A stretch of DNA of 63,909 nucleotides, filler included, from Reticulomyxa filosa (Eukaryota; Protista; Foraminifera): assembly GCA_000512085.1 (NCBI GenBank). It is 18 parts of 18 records of this genome, joined end to end, with 100 filler letters (N's around TTAATTAATTAA, not from the genome) between each part and the next. Parts side by side here need not be neighbours in the genome. Positions count along the whole stretch, not along the records: positions 12,305 to 15,250 come from ASPP01003454.1; positions 15,351 to 20,251 come from ASPP01003344.1; positions 20,352 to 23,892 come from ASPP01044644.1; positions 23,993 to 25,357 come from ASPP01002530.1; positions 25,458 to 27,771 come from ASPP01043065.1; 13 more parts are not named here. One strand, written 5' to 3'. Shown piece by piece: positions 14,550 to 26,800 of the stretch (positions within the stretch are counted from its first letter, which is position 1; each line of letters begins with the position of its first letter). The notes beneath the pieces were generated by a model. It did not search any database, was not told where the DNA came from, and worked only from the letters and a program-made list of their open reading frames with translations. Both the position numbers and the translations under genes were made by a program.

Positions 14550-15150
14550 TTAGCAACATGGAATTTTCTTGTCACTTTTGTTTTTTTTATCCAAATGAAC
14601 AGCATCTGGCTTAGCTTTTACCACTTTGTGTACTCTGTAGTGTGCACCCCAACGTAATTGCAAGCCAATTTAAAGCAAAGAGAAGAAATATACAAAAACA
14701 AGGAGAAAAAAATAAGGAATAAAACACAACTTTTTTTGGATTGCTTGGTTTGCAATATGAAAAAAGGCTTGATCAACATTGGTTCCATCTTTGGCGGACA
14801 CCTATAGAATAAAGAAATGATTTCGTGTGGTTCGAGACAATATGCATATTTGTGATATTGAGTATCTCATTAAAAAAAGTTGGAACGAAATAAAAAGAAA
14901 AGAAATGAAGGCATACATATATATTTGTATATGTATATGATATGTTTCATAAATAAACTTCAAAAATAGAGACGCCCAATACGCTTGCCATTTCCTCTGC
15001 CTTTGCATAAGAGACTTGTCTATTTTGCCCTAAATCAGACTTGTTACCAACTAACAAAATTTGAACATTGGAATTGCTATGTTCTTGAATTTGTTTGTGC
15101 CATTTCTGCACATGGTCAAATGTGTCCGTTTGTGTTATGTCATAAACCAG
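14550..15150 (-). CDS. Rab-family small GTPase (Rab1/Rab8-like), C-terminal exons
   Basis: LVYDIT...TFDHVQKW, ILLVGNKSDL (G4), FE/VSAKDGTNV (G5) and a C-terminal prenylation motif KIPCC* with stop at 14550-14552. Confidence 0.92.
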
Positions 15151-15350
15151 CTGAGAGGACGTCATCATACACAAACATCAAAAAAAAAAAAAGGGGCTAA
15201 CAAAGACAGAATTATTACATAAAAAGTGTTTTTTTTTTGTTTTTTTTTTTNNNNNNNNNNNNNNNNNNNNNNNNNNNNNNNNNNNNNNNNNNNNTTAATT
15301 AATTAANNNNNNNNNNNNNNNNNNNNNNNNNNNNNNNNNNNNNNNNNNNN

Positions 15351-17161
15351 AATGCAAATGCAAATGCAAATGAGAAAATGAATGGGGCAAAAAAAAAAGG
15401 AGAAACAGCTGTGCCTCCACTACAACTATTGGAAAAGTTGTTGAAATTATACCCACAAATACGCAAGTGGTTGCAATCAAAGAACCATGACATGGTCTTG
15501 TCGTGCGATGAAAACGCGACGAAATTTTTGAACACTTTGAAAGCGTCACAGGCAATTTTTATATGCATTCTGTCGGAATTGGAAAACGAGCTCAAAGGAA
15601 GAGCCAATTGCCGCAATGAAAAAATTAAACATAAAGGCAAGAGTAAGAGCAAAGACAAAGACAAAGATAAGGATAAAGGTAAAGAAAAGGACAAAAACGC
15701 AAGCAAGGCCAAGGATATGTATACAAATTCGATCCAACAAAGCATTGGCATAAATCCGAGCCTAAATACGGCTACGACTACGACAATGAATATGAATATG
15801 AATATAAATACGAATACGAATACGAATACGAATACAACCACGATGACGGGCAAGAGTAGGAGCAAGAGCAATCATGAGATGAGCAAGAGCAATCATGAGA
15901 TGAGCAAGAGCAATCATGAGATGTACAAGAGCAATCATGAGATGTACAAGAGCAGTGGCACGAATGAACCGATGCCAGTCAAAAAGCATCCAAAGATTTC
16001 TCCGATCAAAACATATTCTCAAAATCCGAGTGTTATGTTGGATAAGAATTACAATCATTCGAGGAACAAACTCGTCGGCCCGACAGTGGCAGCACCAGTA
16101 CTGCCACCAGCACTACCACTACCACTACCACCACCGCCACCACCACCGCCACTGCTATCTCCGCTTACATCCGTATTGCCGGTAGTGGCAGCAATGAATC
16201 AACCAGAGAAGAGAGCGAAACGGCCCAACAGCGTTGATCACCCACACAAAGCACAAAAAATGGAACAACACACGGCTGCAAAGGCAACAATGACGAGAAA
16301 AAATTCCAACGGTGTGCTGAAAAAAAAAAAGAGGAACTGCACAGCAGTGCAAATCTAAATGAGTCTTACAAACCCCAAAACGGCATTGACCGAATTTCTG
16401 GGAAAAAACGATCATTTCATTGTATCTACCAAGATACCCCTGATAACGTTCCCACAAAACGTGCAAAAACGGCAATGCCGAAGAAGACAACAGCAACGAT
16501 GCCCATCATTCAAGGCCATTGCTCTGTCAACAACACTCAACATCGTACAAAACCCACAAAAAGTGCCATTAATAGGCGCAACACCGAAACTAGCAGCAGC
16601 AGTGATATCGATAGCACCATTTGCCATAAGCACGCCAACCCCAAAACTATTGTTAAGGACAAAAATATGCATCAGGTTCCACAATCAGTGATCCCTTATG
16701 AATACGTAATTGTCACACCCAAACCCAATGTCATAGTAAATAACAAGATTCAAATACGTGTGAAACGCGTAAAAGATCCTTTGAAACTTAGTATTTGCGA
16801 AATAGGAAGCAAAAATTTTGACTTGAATCTCCTCATTGAGGTGATAAACAACATGTCTTCGCTTAAGATTGATCCCGATCAAGAGAGTCATCGTGATTCT
16901 GTTCTCCATGACCTCCTCCAATTGGGTGGTGTGTACGAGGTCAATCAACTCAATCAATTCAACGCGTTTGAATTTTTGGATATTTGTGGGTTGGTTGAAC
17001 GTGACTCTAGCGAAAGTCAATGCCACCTCTGTGGAAAACGGGGTGAATTGTTACTTTGTGACAATTGTCCACATTCTTTTCATATCTTATGCATCGGGTT
17101 ATCTACCTATCCTCCCGAGGAGGATAAGTGGTTCTGTCCTGAATGTCAGCACAAAACCTGA
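15351..17161 (+). CDS. Large low-complexity protein with C-terminal PHD finger (5'-truncated; apparent homopolymer frameshift at A-run 16320-16330)
   Basis: CHLCGKRGELLLCDNCPHSFHILCIGLSTYPPEEDKWFCPEC is a C4HC3 PHD finger. The ORFs 15378-16358 and 16475-17161 become one frame if the A11 run gains one base. Confidence 0.8.
15861..15950 (+). repeat. 21-nt coding tandem repeat, about 4.3 copies (SKSNHEM/YKSNHEM)
   Basis: Unit agcaagagcaatcatgagatg, changing to tacaagagc in later copies. It follows atgaat/acgaat hexamer runs (15786-15835). Confidence 0.9.
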
Positions 17162-17975
17162 AAAATATTTTTTTAACAGAAATACAACTGCGAAAAAGCA
17201 GGATTTTCTTTGATCTCACTTCTTTTTTGAAGAAACCAGTCATTAATGTATTTGAATCATCAGTTTTTCAAACAAAAAAAAATTGCGAATAGTTTGGATT
17301 TTTGTTTTGATAGTGCATGATGATTTATATTGGTTGTCTCATATCACCTTGACAACCAGCAAGTGTTTTTCCTTTGTTCTACAATATGTAATCGATACTA
17401 TATAAGAAATTATCAAATTTTTCTCTAGAAGCAACAATATTCATTTTAAATAACTGAATGCTTTGGTATTGAAGCCAGATAATTGTTGTATTTCGTGTTG
17501 CTCTTCGCTGTTCAAAATTCGACATATCACCACTGAGCCCATTGATATTCATGTTATCTAACGCTTTTATGTTACTATAAGATTCAATTTTTTTTAAATC
17601 GCAGTGCAATACAACAAAACAGAACAGAATAAAACTAATGACAAAATCCTCAAGAGTATTATTTATATTATACATTTAAAAAAAGTATTAATGAATTTGC
17701 TCTTATCCCAATGACGTTGAATTCTATTGCAATTACACGTCACAATGGAAACACTCACAATCCAAAGCAAATGAAATGCATTTATTAGCCTTTTGAGGAC
17801 AAATAAAACAAGCATTTTCAATGACTTACCAATTTCTTAATTGTCATTGTTGAGCTTTTAAAATGTACAAAAATGAACTGAAAAAGTGTGAGAAGATTAA
17901 TTAATAAATGCTTATGTTAAATTCTTGATTATAGTTTCAACAACCCTTTTTGAACAGCTTTTGAAAAAATAAAAA

Positions 17976-19382
17976 TTATCCCCATAATCTGATTGTTCCA
18001 TCAGAAGAAGAAGAAATAATAGTTCTTCCATCTGGTGAAAAATCTAATCCTGTAATACGTCTTGTATGTCCTTCTAATTTGATAATTTCATCCCCTGATT
18101 TTGCATCCCATAATCGAATAGTTTTATCAGTTGAACCTGATGCAATAATATCACTATCTGGTGAAAATTTTGCAGAAACAACCCAACCAGTATGTCCTTC
18201 TAATTTATTAAGTTCTTTTCCAGATTTAATATCCCATATTCGAATAGTTTTATCTGCAGAATAAGATAAAATAGTTTTTTCATCAGGTGAAAATTCTGCT
18301 CCAAGTACACTATTTGAATGTCCAACAAATTGTTGAATTTGTTCATTTAATTGACCATTCCATAATTCAATATTTGTATGTAAACATATTAAAATACTTT
18401 GTCCATTAGAAGGAATTTTGACATCCATAACTGGATAACTATGTCGTTGAGATCTATTTGTTTCCAAACCTAATTTGACATCCCATAATCTAACTGTCGT
18501 ATCATAAGAAGAAGATAAAATATTTTTATTATCAAGAGAGAATTGTATTGCTGTCACTGGATTTAAATGTCCAGTTAATTTTCTTACATCTCCTGATACT
18601 AAATCCCAAATTCGAATTGTTTTATCCCATGAACAAGATGCCATTGAAAAACCATCTGCTGAAAATTGTGCTTGTAATACTCTACTTGAATGTCCTCGAA
18701 ATTTTTGAATTTCAGATTTTGTACTCATATCCCATATTCGAACTGTTTTATCTCCAGAAGATGTTACAAGTCTACTTCCATCTATTGAAAATTTTACACT
18801 TGTCACATTTCCCAAATCTTTTCCAATTATTTTTAATTGTTTGAGAAATTTTGTCTATTTAAATTTATTATTCTTATTATTTAAAATGTTATTTTTATTT
18901 TTACAAAACAAAAAATTACTTAACATATCGAACAATAAGTTTGTTAAATTCTTCAATCCATCCCCAATTAATATCTAAATCTCGACGCCAATTTTCTAAT
19001 ATTGCTCTTATCTCATTTTCTGTCTATTTTTTTTTTAAAAAAGGAATTCAAAGTTATTTTGTTATTGTTATTTATGTTTTTTATTTTCATTTACCAAATT
19101 AATTGAATAAGATGCTACTGCTTCCTTTGAATCCACATCACTGTTCATTCCTCCACAAATGCCGATTTTATGAACAGATATACGATTATTGATATTTGAA
19201 GTCCAGCTTAAATCATTACCTTTTTCAAAAAAAAGTTGTAATAAATACTGAAAATTATTTTCATAACATCTGTCCATTTTCTGTTTTTGTGTATGTATTG
19301 ATTGTGAATTTTTATTTGTTAATGTCTTATCAAACACAAACAAAGTAACCTTTGATAACAACCAATCTTGGTTTAAGGCCAT
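17976..19382 (-). CDS. WD40-repeat protein of the lineage-expanded family
   Basis: About 7 GH...WD repeats ending SSSDGTIRLWG*. An upstream exon (about 18924-19022) reads ENEIRAILENWRRDLDINWGWIEEFNKLIVRY, the typical pre-propeller motif of this family. The 5' start is uncertain. Confidence 0.9.
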
Positions 19383-20997
19383 CTCGGTTTGTTTTCCTTT
19401 TGCAATGGGATAATTATTGTTTCAAATAACTTCGATAAACTTGCCTTTCAATAACTGTATTAATAATGTTTCAAAAACATTACCGTTTACCACAAGTAAA
19501 GTGTTTTGTGGGGAAGAACATGAACAGTTTATTTTTGTTATTCTTGAAACAATTGGACCCCATTTGAAGCAAAAATGATGACATGAGCAGAAAAAAAGAT
19601 ACTTGCCTTATTATTGGAAGCTTAAAGGAACAGAAGCTTTTTAGTTCAATTTTGAGGGAAAGTTCACTTGTTTTTGTTTTTCAAACTTTGACAAAGATAG
19701 TATTGGTAGCAGGAAAAAATAACGATTTTTTTATTTTAATTCAATTATAAAGAAGTGGTAATAATTTCGCGTGTATTTTCCATTAATCGATTGTGAAGTC
19801 AAAAAGACGTATAATTATCTTAACATCTCTTCATTAAAATTGCTTATTTTTGAGGAGGTATCGTGTTTGACCAAACTTTATTTTATTCAAACACTATGTT
19901 TACAATCACAAAGATAATTAAAGTTATATCAAATGGGAAATAAATAAATATCCATTTGTCTGCGCATCGATTTTATTATGTTATACATGTCGACACATTT
20001 ATATTTAATTGCTGCACTTTTTATTATTCAAATTTTTTGACTTTGAAAAAATGAAATACTTTGAGCACAAAAGCAAATCCATTCAAGAAATTTAATATGT
20101 AAAGTTTCATTCGTTGTACTTTGATGGAAAAGCCTTTAATCTCGCTTGAAGTGAAAAAATAAGATGACAAGAATAAATAATAAATATTTGATTGAAACAG
20201 ACGACATTTGACAACGAAAAAGCACAGAGAACAATGTTTAAAAAGTAAAACNNNNNNNNNNNNNNNNNNNNNNNNNNNNNNNNNNNNNNNNNNNNTTAAT
20301 TAATTAANNNNNNNNNNNNNNNNNNNNNNNNNNNNNNNNNNNNNNNNNNNNCCTTCAGAGTTTCTCCCTCTGTAGTAGAGTCTTGCCCTACAAGTTTTTA
20401 AGAGTTGTTTTTTGTAATTTGTTTTGTTTATTTGGAATGTTTCATTATGAGGTATTTTTTAGTGTTCGGTTTTTTCTCCTTCAAAATTTTTGTTTTAAAA
20501 ATAAAACGTTTTCAAACTCTGTCAAATACAGATCCATTGATAACCTTTGAAATGGAGAAAATTGTTGCATAATTTCAATATACAAGCGAAATCAGCAAAA
20601 AAGTGTACGAATTGACGGGAGTTTCTTGTTTGTACGTACACTTTAGTGCACTTGACTTCACACACGCTTTTTTAGTTGTTCGTGGTCATAAAAAGCTTTC
20701 ACAAATCGAACTATTAACACGGATTACACAAAGTAAGTTTTGTTGAAGAGTAATTCATTTTGCAATCGTTTCTGGAGAAAAACAAACCAATACCAAAACT
20801 AGACGCTGTTATTTGGAGGATGAATAAACGAAAGTACAGATAATTACAAACCATTTATGAAAAGTTGAAATTTATTCACTGTTAACGTTTGAAAGGGTAA
20901 ACATGGATAAACATTTTGAATAGCAAAAAATGCAAAAAAAATAATTGCATTGAGAAATAAAAGTAATTAATGTTCTTTTTAAAAAATGCATTGCATA

Positions 20998-21366
20998 TCA
21001 ATCTGTTTTTTGCTCTGCTTGTCGATTTTGAGCTTGTTGACTTTGAAGACCGACCAAAATACTGATATTATTATTCATTTCTGATATATTTTTACTTATA
21101 CTAACCAAAGTGTTATCCATTGTTTTTAAATTTTCTAATTGATCCAGTTTTTTGGACATATCTTTCATGTCAGTAGCCATATTGTTCATGTTATTAGCTA
21201 TATCTTTAATGTAATTAGCCATTTTTTTGGTATCGGAAGAAAGTTTATCCATACTATCTCTGATGCCTGAAAGCGATCCAATTAATCCATACTGTTGATC
21301 AAATGTAAAATATATAGCACGTGCTCCATAAGTATTTAATGTCTTTTTAAGAAACTCGAGTTCTAA
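20998..21366 (-). CDS. Hypothetical coiled-coil protein, final exon
   Basis: Heptad-like, Met-rich ORF (MANYIKDIANNMNNMATDMKDMSKKLDQL); the frame is open upstream to about 21366. No family recognised. Confidence 0.35.
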   Translation of the reverse strand, partial: LELEFLKKTLNTYGARAIYFTFDQQYGLIGSLSGIRDSMDKLSSDTKKMANYIKDIANNMNNMATDMKDMSKKLDQLENLKTMDNTLVSISKNISEMNNNISILVGLQSQQAQNRQAEQKTD

Positions 21367-21999
21367 AGCTAAATCATCTCATTTCGTGAAATCGCGTTCT
21401 AATACTAGAATGAATTGTGAATAAAAAGCTGTTTAAATAAATCATAAAGTATATATCAAAAAGATTTATTCAATTGTTTATGTTTGCATTTATATGAAAT
21501 TAAAAACTGTCCGGTAAAGATGGATCAATAATAAATACTGTTTGCTCGGTGTGCATTTTGTTCATTTCTCTAATCAACGTATCGCATTGAGTTATAATTA
21601 AACCATTTCTCTTGTACTTGACGTAGTCTGAAAGGTGGCCGATTTCGAACATTCATTCTACTGTGATAATGATTTTTTCTTTCTTTGAACCAAAGCTAAT
21701 CATTACTTCGAGAACTTCTTCCAGTAACTGAGTAATTAAATCTCCTTCTTCATTACTTTTTGATTGTTCTTCATTATTTTGTTGTTTTCGTTTTTCTCTT
21801 GTATTATGAACACACGATAATATTATCTCCAAAGATTATCTCTTTGTAAGCTTATCAAATTTTTTCCCTTTTTTTTCGTACCACATCTTTTTAAGGAAAA
21901 TTAAAGCACTTTTGCAGACAGGCGTTAACTCACTGATACATTTCACCTATTTTTTCATGTTACATATTTACGTATACAAACAATACAAAAAATCTAGTT

Positions 22000-22792
22000 T
22001 AAACAATGTACTACTGATAAAATTGAATTCCAATTGCTCAAGTTGACTTGGAACAATTTTTTGGTTGTCAAATCTGATTTATCGATACGATTCATGATTT
22101 CACAGTAAGTTTGTTGAGTTTTGGTTCGTTCAATTGCTTGGCAATGTCGTCAATATTGTTTCCCAAATCTTAATGTCCCATAATGTTAATTGCGATGATA
22201 TACAATGGAACGCAACCAAGACATCAAATTGGATATTTTTCATACAATTGAAATTTAAGGCGTTTTGCATTGTGTATACTCACGTTCGACAATGTATCCT
22301 CATCCTTGGATATCATTTGTTGTCTGTTTGATCAACGTAGCCAAGCGCGAAAAAAACGGACGATATACCATTTCTTCAATAATGACATGATGTGCTGTTC
22401 TAAGTACACTTTGTGGAATATCCAGCAAAAACACTAAATCTCCATCGTATGAATCAGCAATGGCTGTTCCTTTTTGAACACTCCATCCCAACACTGCACC
22501 AAAAAATTTCGCACCCGACCAATCTTCTTTTTCCTTGTCAAATATACTGAATACATTTTTCTCGATCATTTCATTACATAAATTTTGCGCAGCCTCCACC
22601 ACTGCTCGGGTTTGATAATCACGGATTTTATAATGCCTTATTGCGCTTTTTACATTCGAAAAAGCGCCCAAGCTTGATGGCCTGTCATCGTCGTCTTTCT
22701 CTTGATCCTTTTCGTGTTGCTCATGGATATCAATAAAGCGTATTTTATCAAGAGGTTTGTCTTCCATTGGAAAATTCAATCTTTCACAATCT
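22000..22792 (-). pseudogene. Decayed hypothetical gene
   Basis: A protein-like 159-aa ORF (22300-22779) continues in a shifted frame containing stops. No family recognised. Confidence 0.35.
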
Positions 22793-23328
22793 AGCCAAAA
22801 GAAAAAAGTAGTTCAAAGTGAAAAACTAAAAAAGTCAACTCCAACAACTTGAACTTTTCGGTCAGCTACTTAAAAAAAAGTGGAGAATATCCAATGCATA
22901 ATAGATTGTTTCGTGTTCTTTGTAATTACTTTATAGAATTAGAAACACTTATCATAGTCCACTAATAAATATATTTGGACACAATGAAATTTGTCATAAT
23001 ATCTTCATCGTTGTAATCGAGTAATGCATAATACTTTTGCAATGTAAGATTTGTTATTTGAAGGATTGCATCGTCAGTGTTATACCCATTCGAAATAGAT
23101 GGGAAAAACTAAATAAAAAATATGTAGCATAATGTAATATTTTTGAAGACATTCAACAATAAAGACACATTTCACTGTTTTATATTTAATTTTAAAATTG
23201 AGCATTAAATAAAAATGTGTAAATGTGCACTTATATTAATATTTATTTCAAACTTTTTGATTATGTTTAGTGATCAAGTTAAAGCAAAATGGAATATATT
23301 TGCGCTGAAAAAGAAAAAAGTTTGAGAT

Positions 23329-23892
23329 TTATGAAAAAGTAGCATTTGCTAAAGATGTACAAGTCAAAGGACCTTTAGAAGTCATAAAACGAATTCCGTT
23401 AAAACAAGCTTCACAACGATCATTAGTTTTTAAAAAAGGAACAACATCATCCCATGGAGTCGGTCCTTTCTTTTTTTTTGGTTTTAAATCAATTTCAGAA
23501 TCAGGAGTATATCTAGTTAAATCATCATTTTCAAGAATAATACGTTCACCTATTGAACAATCTTTAGGAGGACGAATTAATTCAATTTTAGATTTGTCAG
23601 AATTACTTGCTGCAAATATCATACCATTTGACATTACACCTCTTAAATCTGTTGGTTTTAAATTTTTAAATACAATAACAAGTGAATCTCGCACTTCATT
23701 TATTGGTACGTGTAATCGCACTGCACTTGCTATTGTGCGTGGTCCAGTTGCTTCTCCTAAATCTATTTCTTCTACATACATTTTATCTGCATTTTGATGA
23801 TTTTCACATTTTAATACTTTACCAACAACAAATTCACATCTACCAATAGAAGGAATATTATTATTATTATTATCATTTTCATTTGTAGCATT
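23329..23892 (-). CDS. EMAP II/Arc1p/Trbp111-type tRNA-binding OB domain (C-terminus of MetRS, TyrRS or an AIMP1-like protein; 5'-truncated)
   Basis: EFVVGKVLKCENHQNADKMYVEEIDLGEATGPRTIASAVR...VFKNLKPTDLRGVMSNGMIFAAS...IELIRPP...GERI...LKTNDRCEACFNG. Confidence 0.92.
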   Translation of the reverse strand, partial: NATNENDNNNNNIPSIGRCEFVVGKVLKCENHQNADKMYVEEIDLGEATGPRTIASAVRLHVPINEVRDSLVIVFKNLKPTDLRGVMSNGMIFAASNSDKSKIELIRPPKDCSIGERIILENDDLTRYTPDSEIDLKPKKKKGPTPWDDVVPFLKTNDRCEACFNGIRFMTSKGPLTCTSLANATFS

Positions 23893-26800
23893 NNNNNNNN
23901 NNNNNNNNNNNNNNNNNNNNNNNNNNNNNNNNNNNNTTAATTAATTAANNNNNNNNNNNNNNNNNNNNNNNNNNNNNNNNNNNNNNNNNNNNTCTTCAAT
24001 TGTTTTGTGGTCTTTGCTTTAGATTAACATAAAAATAAAGTCAAATACAAGTTTCGAATGAAGTTCAAGCTCAGTCGTTTGACACTTCGACAGACTATTT
24101 GAACATACACATGGGCGTTCCTTTTTTTTTTAACCATTTGGTGTTCTAATTTAGAATATCTATTTTTGATATCAGAACAGTTTAATTATTTTATTAAATG
24201 CCTTTTGAATTTTTTAATTTTTTTGGAAGCAAAGCATACAATAAGCACGTACAATAAATAACAAAAAAGAAAACTGAATCGTTTTTGGTTTGAAGGAACG
24301 ACAAAAAGTGAACGATGGATGACCCAAGCATAATTGAAATGCAAATCGTCGAATTGAAGCCTGAGCATGTGCACTTGAAAGTGCAGAGCGTGGATTTAGA
24401 GCAAGTACAAGGCAAGTTTCAACACTTGCTGAAGAGTTGCTTGTCAGTAACGCTCAAACCGAGTCCGTCCACAAGCATCCTTATGCTGGTTTCATTCATC
24501 TTATATTCTAAAATATCTTTTAATGTATAACCTTGTGAAAAAGAGACATAATTGCATGTATATATATATATATATATAAATGCGAAAGAAATAAACAAGC
24601 AAAAATGTAATTGGAACGCATATTTGTTCATTTGAAACATGCACACCAACACATTGCTGACACAAACAAATCCTCTTCTTCAAGTGCACAAAATGAAACG
24701 AAAATAAAAGACATATTCATTATTTAAATTGGTATTACCATATGTGCTATTTATCTGAAAATCTCTTATCGAAATCGAAGCAATTGGTGATCGACACTAA
24801 AAATATATATACTCAAAACAATATACATATACACACTTACATGCAAAAGAGAAGCATTAAATATATTTTATTTATGTACAAATCTTTTTTTTTCACAAAT
24901 AAAAAAGATAACTTTAATTCGTATCAAATATCAACCAAAGAAACGAGCAAGAGTTTCAGCACATAGTGCAAAGTGATGGAAAATATTCGAGATAATTAGT
25001 CTCATGCAATGTATGTAGCATGTATATATAATTTTAATCTTCGTCCTTTAATGTTCTATAAGTTGTTTTAGGGCAAAGAAAGGTGGAGGGCTTGATTTGT
25101 GATAGATAAGGAAAATTCAGAATTTCTTCAGCACACTGGCTTCTGTTTTCAGCAAATTTGTTGTTCATGACACGAGTAAAAAGAACAAGAGTAAAAGATT
25201 TAAAAATGAACAACAATTGACATTTATCAAAAAAAATTTATATTATTGCTACAATAAATCTTCAATACTTTTTGCATTCTTAAATTTACTGAAACATTAT
25301 TTAAAAAAATTGCTTTACCGGGCAAAAAAAAAGAAATTAAATGTCACAAATAAATAANNNNNNNNNNNNNNNNNNNNNNNNNNNNNNNNNNNNNNNNNNN
25401 NTTAATTAATTAANNNNNNNNNNNNNNNNNNNNNNNNNNNNNNNNNNNNNNNNNNNNAAATAACAATGAGCAAAATTATAAAAAAAGAATGACTGAGTTT
25501 GTGGAAAAACGTTGTTGTAATCACAGTGTTAATTTATTTTGTATGTTCCTTGCTGAAAAACACAAAAATCAATTGGCATTTGAATATGCAACAGTAAATA
25601 TTGTAAACAATGGTTTGCCATTTGTTGAAAAAGATAGAAAGACATAACTGCATTACATGTAAGTTTTTAAAAAAATTAAAAAAGGGCTTTTTAGTATTTG
25701 ACTTGTATATCTTTATTGAAAAGAGATAAAGTAAAAATAATTTTGTAGATACACAAAACAAATCGCAGACTATCTTTCATCTATGTGGTACTATCTTATA
25801 TCTCGCATTTATTTGAAAAGTTCTGCGTCATTCTTTTCCTAAATGGTTTGAAAATTCAATGTTAAAAAAAAACTTTCTTACCAAACAAAAAATTTTAAAA
25901 TGAATTATACTGACTAATATTAAAGTATTTAACGCACAATAAACACAGAAGAAAGTAAAAATCATTATGGGAAAGCAATATGATGAATTTACAAATGGAA
26001 GAGTGTCAAAACACTTCAAGGTTGGCGTTAGGCCATTCTTATTTTTTTCTTTATCTTGACTGATTGTATCTTTTAATAAGTTCGACAATTTGAACAAATA
26101 TCATATTAATTTGTTTCCTTTGTAATGAATATGTCAGTATTTAATTATTCTACAAAATAAACTAATCTGATGTTTTCAACAAACATATTTTTCTTTGGAT
26201 ATGTATAGCAAACATAAATAAATTATGAAAAAATTTCGGTCACAAAGTTGTTTTCACTTTTAAAGGTAAAAAAAAGATAATATATTCTAAAGATTGAAAT
26301 AATAGAGAAGAAACACAAAATTCTTGTGACGCTATTCATCGGCTCAACAAGTGCATACACACTACTGAGGCAGATCAATTTGCTTTCAAAACTTAGGGCA
26401 TTTCAATATGTTGAGTGCAGCTCACGTAAATATCAAAACCTTGACAAAGTTATAGATGCATGTCTACTGCTAAATTTAGACCCAAAGAATCTCAAATTGT
26501 AATATGCTACGAAATATATAACTAATTGACACTTCCAAATTAGAAAATAATTTGAAAATAGCAAAATAATTAACTTTTTGTGAAGTGAATTGTCTTTAAG
26601 TGGTTATTAAATTTATTGTACGTGTTTTATGATTGAGTTAGTCAGAAAAAGAAATTGTGTTTAATATAAAATACATTCATCTTTATAATCAAAAGTAATG
26701 TATTATTATTTAAAATAAAAAATTCAAATGTTGCTAGAATGTTAACGAAAATAACATTCATTGAAATTTACTTTATTTAATTCATCAACTTCAATATTAT

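Noticed and set aside
16320-16330. Programmed ribosomal frameshift in the PHD gene
   Set aside because: The shift lies in an A11 run in an assembly whose contigs often break at homopolymers, so a length miscall is more likely.
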